NCBI GenBank assembly: GCA_003208875.1
Contig: QCUR01000001.1
Location: 192,001 to 256,000, forward strand
Reading direction: 5' to 3'
Source of the DNA: Prochlorococcus sp. AG-679-M23
GTDB taxonomy: Bacteria; Cyanobacteriota; Cyanobacteriia; PCC-6307; Cyanobiaceae
Length of the DNA: 64,000 nt
Shown here: piece by piece, positions 30,065-40,502 of the stretch
Layout: every line of letters starts with the position of its first letter
Position numbering within the stretch: position 1 is the stretch's first letter
Position numbers and translations under genes: made by a program
Notes under the pieces: generated by a model
Database searches by the model: none
What the model saw: only the letters and a program-made list of their open reading frames with translations
What the model was told of the DNA's origin: nothing

Positions 30065-31921
30065 TCAGATATAGTTAGCAACTTTAACCTCAGAGCGATT
30101 AAGTAAATCTTGGATATCTTCGGTATCAATTGTTTCTCTCTCAATGAGCATTGAAGCCATTTCATCAAGAACACTTCTGTTATCTGAAAGGACTTTTGTT
30201 GCTCTTTTATATGCTGTATCAACAAGCTCTGAAACTTCTACGTCAATTGTTGCTGCAGTATCTTCAGAGAAGTCTCTTGTGGCGCTCATGTCTCTCCCGA
30301 GGAACATTCCCCCTTGTGATTGACCCAAAGCCACTGGACCTATTTTATCGCTCATTCCAAATTTGGTTATCATTTGTCTTGCAACATTAGCCACTTGCTG
30401 TAAATCGTTAGAAGCTCCTGTAGTAACTTCCTCTTCTCCATATACTATTTCCTCAGCAACTCTTCCACCAAGAGCTACGGCCATTTGATTTTGTAGGTAA
30501 GAACGTGAGTAAAGACCGGACTCCATTCTTTCTTCACTAGGAGTAAAGAAGGTTAGTCCTCCTGCTTGACCCCTAGGAATTATAGAAACTTTTGCTACAG
30601 CGTCATAATCAGGCATGCAAGCGCCAACTAAAGCATGACCTGCCTCGTGATATGCCACAAGTTCTTTCTTTTTATCACTTATAACTCTGTCTTTCTTTTC
30701 TGGACCTGCCATAACTCTTTCGATAGCATCACCTACTTCATCATTACTAACAGTATCTAGATCTTTTCTTGCAGCAAGGATAGCTGCTTCGTTTAAGAGA
30801 TTAGCTAAATCAGCGCCCGTAAATCCAGGTGTTCTTCTTGCAACCTTATCAAGGTCTACATCCTTTGAGAGAGTTTTATCCTTGGCATGAACATTTAAAA
30901 TTTGTAATCTTCCAGCGTAATCAGGCCTGTCTACAGTTACTTGCCTATCAAATCTACCTGGTCTCATTAATGCTGAGTCTAAAACATCTGGTCTGTTAGT
31001 TGCCGCAACAATAATTATGCCAGAATTACCTTCAAAACCATCCATTTCAGTTAAAAGTTGGTTTAAAGTTTGTTCTCTCTCGTCATTTCCACCTCCCATG
31101 CCAGCACCTCTTTGTCTTCCAACAGCATCTATTTCATCGATAAATACAATGCAGGGTGCGTTTTTTTTGGCTTGCTCAAATAAGTCTCTAACCCTACTTG
31201 CACCAACTCCAACAAACATTTCAACAAATTCAGATCCAGAGATGGAGAAAAAAGGGACACCTGCTTCTCCCGCAACTGCCTTGGCTAAAAGAGTTTTTCC
31301 TGTTCCTGGTGGTCCCACTAAAAGAACACCTTTAGGAATTTTTGCACCTACTGCAGTAAATCTGTCAGGACTTTTAAGAAAATCTACAACCTCTGTTAAC
31401 TCTAATTTTGCTCCTTCAACACCAGCAACATCTGAAAAAGTTACTTGAGTAGAAGGTTCCATTTGAAGTCTAGCTTTGCTTTTTCCAAAACTCATTGCCG
31501 GATTACCACCACCACCACCGCTTCCATTTTGTGATCTTCTAAATAGGAAAAACAAACCTCCTATTAATAAAACCGGAAAAATTAAACTACTTATAGCTTG
31601 CTGCCAAGGATTAGCTAATTTTGTAGGTGTAACTGCTATATCTACATCGTTCTCGGTTAGGATTTTTAGCAAATCTTTATCCGGAGCCAGATTAACTTCA
31701 GATCTACTGCCATCGTTTTCAACAACTTGTGCAGTTCCACTATCTGGAGATAATAAAACTCTACTGACTTCTTTATCTTGAACAGCTTCTATAAAATCGC
31801 TATATCTAAGAGTTTTGGTTGAATTCTCAGTGTTAGGTTTATCAAAAACAGAAGTGCCTATAAAAATCACTGTAATTACTGCTAGAACGTAAAGTCCTAC
31901 GTTTCTCCAACGTTTGTTCAC
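30065..31921 (-). CDS. ftsH: ATP-dependent zinc metalloprotease FtsH
   Basis: Two TM helices, [21 protein letters not shown]. Confidence 0.99.
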   Translation of the reverse strand: MNKRWRNVGLYVLAVITVIFIGTSVFDKPNTENSTKTLRYSDFIEAVQDKEVSRVLLSPDSGTAQVVENDGSRSEVNLAPDKDLLKILTENDVDIAVTPTKLANPWQQAISSLIFPVLLIGGLFFLFRRSQNGSGGGGGNPAMSFGKSKARLQMEPSTQVTFSDVAGVEGAKLELTEVVDFLKSPDRFTAVGAKIPKGVLLVGPPGTGKTLLAKAVAGEAGVPFFSISGSEFVEMFVGVGASRVRDLFEQAKKNAPCIVFIDEIDAVGRQRGAGMGGGNDEREQTLNQLLTEMDGFEGNSGIIIVAATNRPDVLDSALMRPGRFDRQVTVDRPDYAGRLQILNVHAKDKTLSKDVDLDKVARRTPGFTGADLANLLNEAAILAARKDLDTVSNDEVGDAIERVMAGPEKKDRVISDKKKELVAYHEAGHALVGACMPDYDAVAKVSIIPRGQAGGLTFFTPSEERMESGLYSRSYLQNQMAVALGGRVAEEIVYGEEEVTTGASNDLQQVANVARQMITKFGMSDKIGPVALGQSQGGMFLGRDMSATRDFSEDTAATIDVEVSELVDTAYKRATKVLSDNRSVLDEMASMLIERETIDTEDIQDLLNRSEVKVANYI

Positions 31922-31967
31922 GATAAAAAATCTCTATTAAATCTATAATACTAATAATAAATCAATA

Positions 31968-33143
31968 TTAAGACTTTCTAAGTACATCTACTACACTTTT
32001 AAATGCAAACCATTCTGGAATTGAATCTCCATTCCTCAGCTTTTTTCTGAATTCTGTACCACTTAGTTTCATTATTTGATATTTTTTCTCTTTTGCTTCT
32101 TCGGCAGTTATATAACCTTTTTCTATTGTGTAGACCAAATTTTTTGAAGGTACAGTTTTCATCAATAATTCTTCTGCGCATTCATTCGCAAAATTCTGGG
32201 CATCATAAGGTCCATAAAAATCTTCACCAGTTGATGATGATTTACATCCAGCCATATCCCTACCAATTATAAAATGAGTACATCCATAATTCCTTCTTAT
32301 AATCATGTGTTGCAGAGCTTCTCTAGGTCCTGCCATATGCATTGAGTATGGCAAAAAAGCCCATTTTATTTTCATATTAGAAATTTCTTCTTCTAATTTC
32401 TTATAGGTTAAATATCGGACTTTCCCTGGAATATCATCCTGTTGTGTTGGCCCGCAGGTTGGATGAACCAAAACAACTGAATTCGAGGAAACATTTTCCG
32501 ATTGTAAGGCGTTAGTAAATAATTCATAATGAGCTCTATGAATTGGATTTCTACATTGAAAAGCAACTACATCAAAATTAGCAGGTAATAAATCTCTCAC
32601 TTCTTTTGGCGTTTTACAAGGAAAATCTCTATTTGGGAGCTCCAAGCCATAAACTTTGCCACCTATGTAGTATCGGCCTCTTTCATTGAAAATCATCTTT
32701 ACTGCAGGATGATCCAAGGAATTAGTCCCGTAACACAACTCTGCCTCTTCGGCTTTATCTGGCTCCCATTTTGAACTTACTTTTAAAAGGGCTAATTTTT
32801 GTTTTTTATAAGTTAGTAATATTGTTTCACCCTCCTTGATTTGTACATTATTAGTATCAAAGACAATCGGCAAACCAAAGAGTAAACCCTTTGTGTCTCG
32901 ATGGCTTTTAATTACAGATTTATACTCTTCTTTATCCATAAATCCCTCTAGAGGAGAAAATCCGCCAACCATTAAAAGTTCTACATCACAAGCATTTCTA
33001 TCACTACATTCGTGCTCATAAGAAACTTGAGAAAGGAGCTTTAATTTTAGTTCTTCATCCTTAATAATTAATTCTTTTAGTTCACCTCCATAAGCAGGTA
33101 TTAAACCTTTTGAATCTCTTTTAGATTCTTGTTGTGAATTCAT
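31968..33143 (-). CDS. sat: Sulfate adenylyltransferase (ATP sulfurylase)
   Basis: FQCRNPIHRAH, AGPREA, HFIIGRDMAG. Confidence 0.96.
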   Translation of the reverse strand: MNSQQESKRDSKGLIPAYGGELKELIIKDEELKLKLLSQVSYEHECSDRNACDVELLMVGGFSPLEGFMDKEEYKSVIKSHRDTKGLLFGLPIVFDTNNVQIKEGETILLTYKKQKLALLKVSSKWEPDKAEEAELCYGTNSLDHPAVKMIFNERGRYYIGGKVYGLELPNRDFPCKTPKEVRDLLPANFDVVAFQCRNPIHRAHYELFTNALQSENVSSNSVVLVHPTCGPTQQDDIPGKVRYLTYKKLEEEISNMKIKWAFLPYSMHMAGPREALQHMIIRRNYGCTHFIIGRDMAGCKSSSTGEDFYGPYDAQNFANECAEELLMKTVPSKNLVYTIEKGYITAEEAKEKKYQIMKLSGTEFRKKLRNGDSIPEWFAFKSVVDVLRKS

Positions 33144-33168
33144 TTGATGATTTGTATAAGATAAATTA

Positions 33169-33202
33169 AAAAAAAGAGGGCTTGCTTAAACCCTCTTTTT
33201 TT
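33169..33202 (-). terminator. Intrinsic terminator of psbO
   Basis: A7-GAGGG-10 nt-CCCTC-T7 inverted repeat just after the psbO stop. Confidence 0.85.
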
Positions 33203-33216
33203 ATCTTTATTTGGAA

Positions 33217-34011
33217 TTAAGCTTTTCTTCCGTAAAGCTCACCAATTATTTTTACATCAAGAGGTTCTTTTGAGCCCATATCAGTATCTGAAGGTTGGAT
33301 CGCTACAAATGTACCTGCAAATTCATCTGTATCAGAATCTACATTTTCAATCGATAGTGTTACTACTCCAGTACCATTTACATCAACTTTGATATTTTCT
33401 TTAGCAAGTTCTTCATCATCTCCCCCTAGGGCAACTAAACCTTGAGCGTATTCAACACCAGTATTTTTGGCTCTTGCTTTAGGATCTAAAAAATCTCCTG
33501 TTCTATAGTTAGGTGTAAATGTAGCACCACTGACTTCTGTCCCAGGCTCGATTGAGGAAGGTAGATCAGCTGTTAAATCTTTTGCAGAAAATGCGAATGG
33601 AACCTCTAAACCTCCAGGAGTAAGAACAGTAATTAATTGAAAATCAATACCACCTTTTTCAGTAAATGTTCCGGAGTCTATATCTCCATATACCTCTGTA
33701 ACTGTAGTGTTATTCCTAGGGCTAATAATTTTTGTTGCAACAAATTCTGCTTCTTTTCTTTTTGACCCCGGAACTTTTACATAAACTTCCGTTGGATGCA
33801 TGCATATCCCTTTAAGGGAATCACCATTTCCTAAAGATATTGATCCAACTAAGGAGGAATCTAAGGAAGGACAATCGTTAGCTTTGCCTGTGTTTACAAC
33901 ATCTGTAAATTGGGCATTTCCTCTCTCGGAGAAGGCATATGTTTTATCTGTGACAAAAGCAAAAGTTAAACAAAAAGAAATAACTAAAGCTAAGAAAGAA
34001 CGAATTCTCAT
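33217..34011 (-). CDS. psbO: Photosystem II manganese-stabilising protein
   Basis: Signal peptide, TGKANDCP, GIDFQ, YRTGDFLDPKAR, QPSDTDMG. Confidence 0.95.
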   Translation of the reverse strand: MRIRSFLALVISFCLTFAFVTDKTYAFSERGNAQFTDVVNTGKANDCPSLDSSLVGSISLGNGDSLKGICMHPTEVYVKVPGSKRKEAEFVATKIISPRNNTTVTEVYGDIDSGTFTEKGGIDFQLITVLTPGGLEVPFAFSAKDLTADLPSSIEPGTEVSGATFTPNYRTGDFLDPKARAKNTGVEYAQGLVALGGDDEELAKENIKVDVNGTGVVTLSIENVDSDTDEFAGTFVAIQPSDTDMGSKEPLDVKIIGELYGRKA

Positions 34012-34225
34012 AATTAAATTTCAATAAAGTTCTGTGACTGCTGGTAAGGGATTACTTAAAAATGTTCAGTACGGATAATACAAGGTAAAGAACCACAAAA
34101 GAAAGTTTTTTAGATCCTCGAAATAACTCGTAGCTTTTTTATTTTTAAAACTTGAAGTATTTTAAGGTATCAGACTATTTTTAATGATTAAGATTACAAA
34201 AAAATACAAATATAAATGCTATGGA

Positions 34226-35482
34226 TTATTTATTAGTAGAAATAATTTCATTTATTAATTTATTAGCTAACTCAATTTTTGATGTTTTTTCTAGATAATT
34301 TTCCATATTTTTTTTATCAAAAAGCCAACCTTCATTTTTTGCTAGTGGACCAAATCCTTGGTCTTCGATGTCTATAGGATTTGCAAATAGTAAATCACAA
34401 CCCTTAAGCATTATTTTCTCTTTAATGGTTTTTTTTGCACTTTTAAAAGAACCTGTAAATGCACAAAATCCAACAAAAATTTGATTTTCTTTTTTTACTT
34501 TACTTATCTCTTTTAAAATATCTGGAACATATTCGATATTTTCATTTAAAAAATCCTCAAATTTGCTTTTTGGGATTTTTTTTGAAGTATCTCCTGATAT
34601 TTTGAAATCTGCTACTGCAGCATTCATAATAAAATAATCGCATTTCGAAATTTCTTTTTCAATTGCCTGAATTAAATCATTACTATTATCTATTTCGTAC
34701 GTATTAATCCCTTCGGTTATATCTAGTTTATTTTTTAAGGGACCATGGATATATTTGACTTTTGCACCCCTAAATCTTGCTACTTGAGCAAGCATTAATC
34801 CCATAGTTCCCGAACTATTGTTAGTTATCTTTCTTGCTGCATCTATTTTTTCTGAAGTACAACCTCCTGTAATTAAAAATTCTTTATTTAATAAGTCTCT
34901 GTAATAGGGCTTTTTATTTTGTAGGAGTAAAAACTTTAGAGCTAGTTGTATTAAATCATTTGGGGGTATCTTGCCAACTCCAATTTCGTCACAAGCTAGA
35001 ATCCCTTCACTAGGTTTAAGGATTAGAACATTTGGATACTCTTTCAAGTATATATAATTTCTTTGAACAGCTTTATTACTCCACATCTTTGAATTCATTG
35101 CTGGAGCAACAATAATAGGCTTATTATTCGCAATTAAAATACTCGAGATCAATCCATCAGCATTACCTGTAACCCACTTTGAAAGTGTTGTTGCAGTCAT
35201 AGGAGCCATTATCAAAACATCAGCCCAATCGCATAAATCTATATGTAAAGGTCTTGAATGAAGAAATGACCATTGGTCCTTTTCTAATATGCAAGTATTC
35301 CTACTTAAGATAGAAAGTGAAAGTGGCTGAATTAGTTTTTCAGCATTTTCAGAAACAACGCACTTTATCTCATAATTTTCCTTAACTAGTTGACTTACTA
35401 GTAAAGGGATTCTTACTGCAGCAATACTTCCAGTAATTAATAAAAGAACCTTAATTCTTAACTCTTTAGATTTAGTGTTCAT
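34226..35482 (-). CDS. coaBC: Bifunctional phosphopantothenoylcysteine decarboxylase/synthase
   Basis: TGSIAA, PAMN..MW, LACDEIGVG, NNSSGTMG, AAVADF; second ATG chosen as the start. Confidence 0.95.
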   Translation of the reverse strand: MNTKSKELRIKVLLLITGSIAAVRIPLLVSQLVKENYEIKCVVSENAEKLIQPLSLSILSRNTCILEKDQWSFLHSRPLHIDLCDWADVLIMAPMTATTLSKWVTGNADGLISSILIANNKPIIVAPAMNSKMWSNKAVQRNYIYLKEYPNVLILKPSEGILACDEIGVGKIPPNDLIQLALKFLLLQNKKPYYRDLLNKEFLITGGCTSEKIDAARKITNNSSGTMGLMLAQVARFRGAKVKYIHGPLKNKLDITEGINTYEIDNSNDLIQAIEKEISKCDYFIMNAAVADFKISGDTSKKIPKSKFEDFLNENIEYVPDILKEISKVKKENQIFVGFCAFTGSFKSAKKTIKEKIMLKGCDLLFANPIDIEDQGFGPLAKNEGWLFDKKNMENYLEKTSKIELANKLINEIISTNK

Positions 35483-35693
35483 CAAATTGTTCCTGTTCAA
35501 GAAGATGAATAAAATCGGATGTTAATTTATACGTTTTAGTTGCACAAGTCCTTACCAAATTCCAATTTCTAAATACATTAAATGGTTTAACGTAATTTTT
35601 CTCTCCTAAAGTTTTGGCAAGTTCAAAAGTTCCTTCTTCATAAGATGAATATAAAGGCTTTTCAAATATTTTGTTATCGGATTTGAATAACAT
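35472..35693 (-). CDS. Diverged DUF2555-like small protein
   Basis: ELAKTL..NY..PF....W.LVR...FIHLLEQEQFDE pattern and position upstream of coaBC; family recalled from memory. Confidence 0.55.
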   Translation of the reverse strand: MLFKSDNKIFEKPLYSSYEEGTFELAKTLGEKNYVKPFNVFRNWNLVRTCATKTYKLTSDFIHLLEQEQFDEH

Positions 35694-35884
35694 TTTTATC
35701 CTTGTCAATGTATTTTTAATAATATAACCTCAAGGAAATTGATATTCACAAAATATTCCTCACTTTCAAAATTTTCAAAAATAATAAATCTATTTTAATT
35801 TTATATATTATAATTTTAGACACAAATTGTTTATTCTCCTTAAGAAAAAAAATTATTTAAACTAAGAATGACTAAATATCAATT

Positions 35885-36067
35885 ATGTCACAAACAAAAA
35901 AAGAGCAAATAGTAAGTCATTTGCGTTATTTAAGGCAGGAATTAAGAGAAATGCATTTAGGAATTCAAGATGATGGACTATTTCCTGAACCTGGAGAAAT
36001 AAGAGGAATTCTTGCCCAAATGGAGGCTTTACTTGAATTAATTGAAGGTAATCCTAAAGTTAAATAA
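35885..36067 (+). CDS. Conserved hypothetical protein (60 aa)
   Basis: Clean ATG ORF with a protein-like helical sequence. Confidence 0.75.
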   Translation: MSQTKKEQIVSHLRYLRQELREMHLGIQDDGLFPEPGEIRGILAQMEALLELIEGNPKVK

Positions 36068-36104
36068 AATCATGAATAGATCCAGCACTTAGTTATAATT
36101 AAGA

Positions 36105-36446
36105 ATGTTTTTAAAACCCCAAAAGACTAAATTTCAACGATTAGTTATTGAAACTTTTGACATATTAAGCCAATGGGCAGTAAATCCATGGCGTAGATAT
36201 TCTTTAGCTTTAACAGTTGTTTTGACTGGTTACTTTTTCGGGAGTTCGTTAGGAATGATTAGTGCAGTCGTTGAATTAATTGACCCAGTAGGTGCTTTTT
36301 TATCAGTTTTTTTTATTGAAATTTTGATAAAATTTAGACGAAGATTACGTTTTGATAAAAGAAAAAAAACATTATTATTAATACTTGATTCTTTAAGATT
36401 AGGTCTATTTTATGGTTTTTTTACTGAAAGTCTAAAATTGCTTTAA
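36105..36446 (+). CDS. Ycf20/DUF565 family membrane protein
   Basis: W..NPWRR.SL, GFFTESLKL-type C-terminus. Confidence 0.8.
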   Translation: MFLKPQKTKFQRLVIETFDILSQWAVNPWRRYSLALTVVLTGYFFGSSLGMISAVVELIDPVGAFLSVFFIEILIKFRRRLRFDKRKKTLLLILDSLRLGLFYGFFTESLKLL

Positions 36447-36448
36447 AT

Positions 36449-37465
36449 TTAATTTTTGAATTTACTTAATAGATAAAGTAAAGCCATTCTTGTAGGAATA
36501 CCATTTGAAACTTGATCATTTATTAAGCAATTTGGATATTCATCAACTATTCTACTGCTGATTTCAATGCCACGATTAATAGGCCCTGGGTGCAAAATAG
36601 GAATATCTTTACAATTCAAGGATAGTTTTTCTGGAGTCAAACAATAATTCTCACTATACGATTTAATGCTGCTTAGTAAATTCTCTATCATTCTTTCTTT
36701 CTGTAATCTTAAAACAATTACTGCATCTGCATATTTAATGGATTCTTCTAATGAACTCGAAATTGTAATAGAACCTCTTGAAGAAATTGGGTCTCTTAAT
36801 TGATTTGGGGGAGAACTACTTACAAAATCAGTAAATTCTTCAGGAATAAGTGTTGGTGGACCACACAAAATTATGTTCGCACCAAATGCTGTCAGTGCCC
36901 AAAGATTTGATCTGGCAACTCTAGAGTGAACTACATCACCAACTATTAATATTTTTTTAGAATTTAATATCTCTGGTTTCAGTAATTTTGGAGAAAAGAA
37001 TTTTATTAACGTATAAAGATCTAGTAATCCTTGACTAGGATGGCTATGTAAACCATCACCAGCATTAAGAACCGAAGTTTTTGATTTAGATGCATCGAGT
37101 TTTTTGGAAATTTCTAAAGGGACATGGCTAGATGAATGTCTAATGACTAAAATATCAGTCCCCATGGCAGCATATGTTAGTGCAGTATCTATGAGAGTTT
37201 CTCCTTTACTTAGAGAACTTGAAGAGGGAGAAAAGCTTTGTAAATCTGCAGAAAGCCTTTTGGCAGCAAGCTCAAAACTATTGCGAGTTCTAGTGCTAGC
37301 CTCAAAAAATATTGATGTTATTAACTTTCCTTGTAAAGCAGGTATTTTTTTTGTCCCAGCATTATTAAGAGATTTAAATCTTTCAGTTAACTCAAAAACT
37401 GATTTGTAATCATCTATTGAGAAATTTGAAAGTGTGAGGATATGTTTGTGAGGCCAATTTCCCAT
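36449..37465 (-). CDS. pyrB: Aspartate carbamoyltransferase catalytic subunit
   Basis: [31 protein letters not shown]. Confidence 0.98.
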   Translation of the reverse strand: MGNWPHKHILTLSNFSIDDYKSVFELTERFKSLNNAGTKKIPALQGKLITSIFFEASTRTRNSFELAAKRLSADLQSFSPSSSSLSKGETLIDTALTYAAMGTDILVIRHSSSHVPLEISKKLDASKSKTSVLNAGDGLHSHPSQGLLDLYTLIKFFSPKLLKPEILNSKKILIVGDVVHSRVARSNLWALTAFGANIILCGPPTLIPEEFTDFVSSSPPNQLRDPISSRGSITISSSLEESIKYADAVIVLRLQKERMIENLLSSIKSYSENYCLTPEKLSLNCKDIPILHPGPINRGIEISSRIVDEYPNCLINDQVSNGIPTRMALLYLLSKFKN

Positions 37466-38079
37466 TATGTTACACCAAACAAATTATCAGTTGAATTTGT
37501 TAAATTAGGATTCCTATCACCTTTTTCCCTTTTACTAATACTTCTGCTCCTTTTAAGATACCAACGCCATTTTATATTTTTTGCTTTAGAAATGCCAATT
37601 CTTGTTGTTTGAATTAAATCTTTTTTCTCTAAATATGAATTTCCTTTGCTGATCCACAAACATTTATTATTAAGAATTTCGAGAGAATTCAATTTATTAT
37701 CTACTTCAAATGTTTTGGTTACTAATCCTGGGCCAGAAGCTGACCTTTCGTTTTTATTTGATATAAAAACCGCCCTTATTAAAACACCACTTGCAAAATT
37801 ATCTTTATCAGTAACGATATTCAAGCAATGATGAATTCCGTAAGATCTGTAAATATAAAATCTTCCTGGCTCACCAAACAATACTTTATTAGAAGGAGTT
37901 TTTTTATTATATCCATGGCAAGCCTCTTCTTCTTGTGAATAAGCTTCAGTCTCAACTATCATTCCTTTTATTAGGCCTTTATCAATTCTATTTCTAAATA
38001 GGTAACATCCAATTAAGTCAGGTGCTACAAGCTTGGAATGCCGGTAAAAAAAATTTTTTTTAAAAGGTTGTTGATCTAT
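37465..38079 (-). CDS. mpg: DNA-3-methyladenine glycosylase; true start probably upstream of the track ATG at 37962
   Basis: [32 protein letters not shown]; upstream in-frame [19 protein letters not shown] matches the Mpg N-terminus; ATA at 38079 is a tentative start. Confidence 0.85.
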   Translation of the reverse strand: MDQQPFKKNFFYRHSKLVAPDLIGCYLFRNRIDKGLIKGMIVETEAYSQEEEACHGYNKKTPSNKVLFGEPGRFYIYRSYGIHHCLNIVTDKDNFASGVLIRAVFISNKNERSASGPGLVTKTFEVDNKLNSLEILNNKCLWISKGNSYLEKKDLIQTTRIGISKAKNIKWRWYLKRSRSISKREKGDRNPNLTNSTDNLFGVT

Positions 38080-38281
38080 TTTTAAATACTTATCTAAGCT
38101 TATTTTTAACGGTGAAATACAATTAAGTCTAGCTTTTGAAGCATAAAAAAATTTTTTCTCTTGTTATGAGATTTATAAATATATAGTTATCAATTTTGTT
38201 TAATTCATAAAAGGCTTAAGTAATGTTTGTGAAAATCCTTTAATATCTATAATGAAATTGATTTTTAATAATTGAAAGCAG

Positions 38282-38575
38282 ATGAAACGAATTAGTAGTG
38301 ATGAAGTTAAAAAAGTAGCACAATTAGCAAGACTTGAACTAAACGAGAGTGAGATTCATCAGCATGCAGAACAGTTAGAAAAAATTTTGGAGTATATTAA
38401 ACAATTAGAGAAAATTAATACCGAGGATATTCCATCCACAACTAGAGCTATAGAAGTGGCCAATGTATTGAGAAAAGATGAAAAGAAAAATTATGAAAAT
38501 TCTGAGGAAATTTTAGATTTGGCACCTTCTAGAGAAAATAAATTTTTTAAAGTGCCAAAAATTATTAATGAATAG
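38282..38575 (+). CDS. gatC: Asp/Glu-tRNA amidotransferase subunit C
   Basis: VAQLARLEL, LAP.....FFKVPKI. Confidence 0.95.
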   Translation: MKRISSDEVKKVAQLARLELNESEIHQHAEQLEKILEYIKQLEKINTEDIPSTTRAIEVANVLRKDEKKNYENSEEILDLAPSRENKFFKVPKIINE

Positions 38576-39595
38576 CTAGTTACCACCGATATAAGTTTTA
38601 TTAACTATCTTTAGTAAAATTTTTCTTATTTTAAAACCTGGGAATGAATTTATTATTTTTCTAAGTTTACCTTTTTTACTTTTGTGACTTCTTATCCCTA
38701 TAAGTAGATCATAAATAAAATTAAAAGTATCACCTTTAGTTTCAAAAATACCTACTCTTTGGGGTGAACCTTTGATGTCTAATAAAGGTTTGGTTTTTTC
38801 GTAAGCTATTTTATATTCAAACCAGGGGATTGAAGGCCATAGGTGATGGATTAAATGATAATTTTGACCCATTATGAGAATATTCAAAAATCTACCTGGA
38901 TAAACTCTTGAGTTTATCCATTTATTTTTTGAGCGAAATGGCCTATGAGGGAGATAATCAAAGAAAATACCTAAAGTGACTCCAACCATTAATGCAGGAC
39001 CAAACCATAAATTATAAATTAAGTTCATAAAGTCAAATTTTAAGCCAGCTAAAATGATTGTTATAAATATCGATCTCTCTACCCCCCACTGTAGTAATTC
39101 ATATTTTCTCCAGAGTTTTCTCTGAAAGAAAAATATTTCATGATAAAAAAATCTTGGAGCAATAAGCCAAATTGGCCCAAAAGTACTCACAATATGGTCT
39201 GGATCATTTTTAGGATCATTTACATGAACATGATGTTGTAGGTGGACTCTGGTGAAAACTGGGAAACTGAAGCCTAAGAGAATAGCTGATCCATGCCCCA
39301 TTGCTTGGTTTATCCAGGGCACAGGATGCGCAGCCTTATGACATGCATCATGTATAACGGTTCCTTCAATATGAAGAGCAAGAAATGCCGTGGCAACAAG
39401 AAGAGGTAGGGGCCAAACTCCTCGGTACCATTGCCATATACTCAGAAAAGCGAGAAAATAACCACCAAAAAAAAGACCTAATGTGGGATTCCAAAAATTA
39501 GGAGGATCGACATAATTTTTGATCTCCCTGTTCCAGCTAAATGTCTTGGAGGAATTAGTTTGAATATTTTTATTTTGACTAGTTAAATTTGAAAT
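38576..39595 (-). CDS. crtR: Beta-carotene hydroxylase (membrane desaturase family); start uncertain, upstream of the track GTG at 39322
   Basis: His boxes HDACH (upstream of the track start), HLQHH, HLIHH; WNPTLGLF N-terminal segment in frame. Confidence 0.85.
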   Translation of the reverse strand: MSNLTSQNKNIQTNSSKTFSWNREIKNYVDPPNFWNPTLGLFFGGYFLAFLSIWQWYRGVWPLPLLVATAFLALHIEGTVIHDACHKAAHPVPWINQAMGHGSAILLGFSFPVFTRVHLQHHVHVNDPKNDPDHIVSTFGPIWLIAPRFFYHEIFFFQRKLWRKYELLQWGVERSIFITIILAGLKFDFMNLIYNLWFGPALMVGVTLGIFFDYLPHRPFRSKNKWINSRVYPGRFLNILIMGQNYHLIHHLWPSIPWFEYKIAYEKTKPLLDIKGSPQRVGIFETKGDTFNFIYDLLIGIRSHKSKKGKLRKIINSFPGFKIRKILLKIVNKTYIGGN

Positions 39596-39768
39596 TGTTT
39601 CTTAAATTCTATAAGTAATATAACCAATAATTCATAGTGATTGCATAACAATACCAAACATTTTTAAATCTTTCTAAAATCATTGAGCCTTGTATTATGT
39701 GTCAAATTAAGGATCTTAAGTAAAAAATATTTTAAAAATATACCTTGCTAAACTAAAATTTTAATTAA

Positions 39769-39850
39769 GCGGTCGTGGCGGAATTGGTAGACGCGCGAGT
39801 TTTAGGTACTCGTATCTTCGGGTGTGGGAGTTCAAGTCTCCCCGACCGCA
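39769..39850 (+). tRNA. tRNA-Leu (anticodon TAG)
   Basis: GCGGTCG/CGACCGC acceptor stem, CGAGT-TTTAGGT-ACTCG anticodon arm, variable arm, GTTCAAGT T-loop. Confidence 0.97.
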
Positions 39851-39935
39851 TTTTTAAGGGAAAATTAATATAAAGCAATTAAATTAGTTAACTATTTCCA
39901 TATTTACTATAATTTAGATATAAATAAAAAATTTT

Positions 39936-40460
39936 TTGACAATTTATTTAGGCTGTTTATATTTATTCTTTGGAATTATATTTTTGTTAATGCCTTTAAT
40001 ATATATTGAATTAGGCAGACCAAGAGATTTTATAAAAGGTGGTTTAAACCTAATAATTGGGATGTTATTAATTTATAAAAAAAATAGTTTTAATAACTTA
40101 TATTCTTCACTTATTACTGTCATCACTGCATTACTGATCTTTTATATAGTAGAAATATTTTCTATAAGGTGGAATCAATTAACTGATCAAGAGAAAAATA
40201 AATTAAAAACTTTAGAGGAATTGAAAAAAAATATTTCAATTTTTTTAAAGGCTATTTCTTTTGCAAGGCACGATTTTTTAAATTCGAACAATATTTTAAA
40301 TTTTGGAAGAAAAAATGAAAATTTAAATAAAAAAAAGTGGGTTAGGAATGATGAAAATGATAATATAGTTAATTCAAATAAAAATAATTTACTGACTTTA
40401 GAGATGCCAAAAAAAGCAACAAACCAATCTACAGAAGATACAATTAATGAGGGTAAATAA
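39936..40460 (+). CDS. Ycf66-like membrane protein
   Basis: N-terminal TM helices with the ELGRPRD motif. Confidence 0.65.
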   Translation: MTIYLGCLYLFFGIIFLLMPLIYIELGRPRDFIKGGLNLIIGMLLIYKKNSFNNLYSSLITVITALLIFYIVEIFSIRWNQLTDQEKNKLKTLEELKKNISIFLKAISFARHDFLNSNNILNFGRKNENLNKKKWVRNDENDNIVNSNKNNLLTLEMPKKATNQSTEDTINEGK

Positions 40461-40502
40461 TTAAATAAATTAATTGATTACAAATAAATTTTATAAATTC
40501 GA

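Noticed and set aside
30007..30225. 72-aa minus-strand ORF overlapping the ftsH 3' end
   Set aside because: Mostly an alternate frame of ftsH; relevant only because it spans the A11 tract discussed for eda.
39769..39935. tRNA-Leu (and tRNA-Arg at 59628-59701) as island integration sites
   Set aside because: Flanked by core genes; no integrase or duplicated tRNA 3' end visible.
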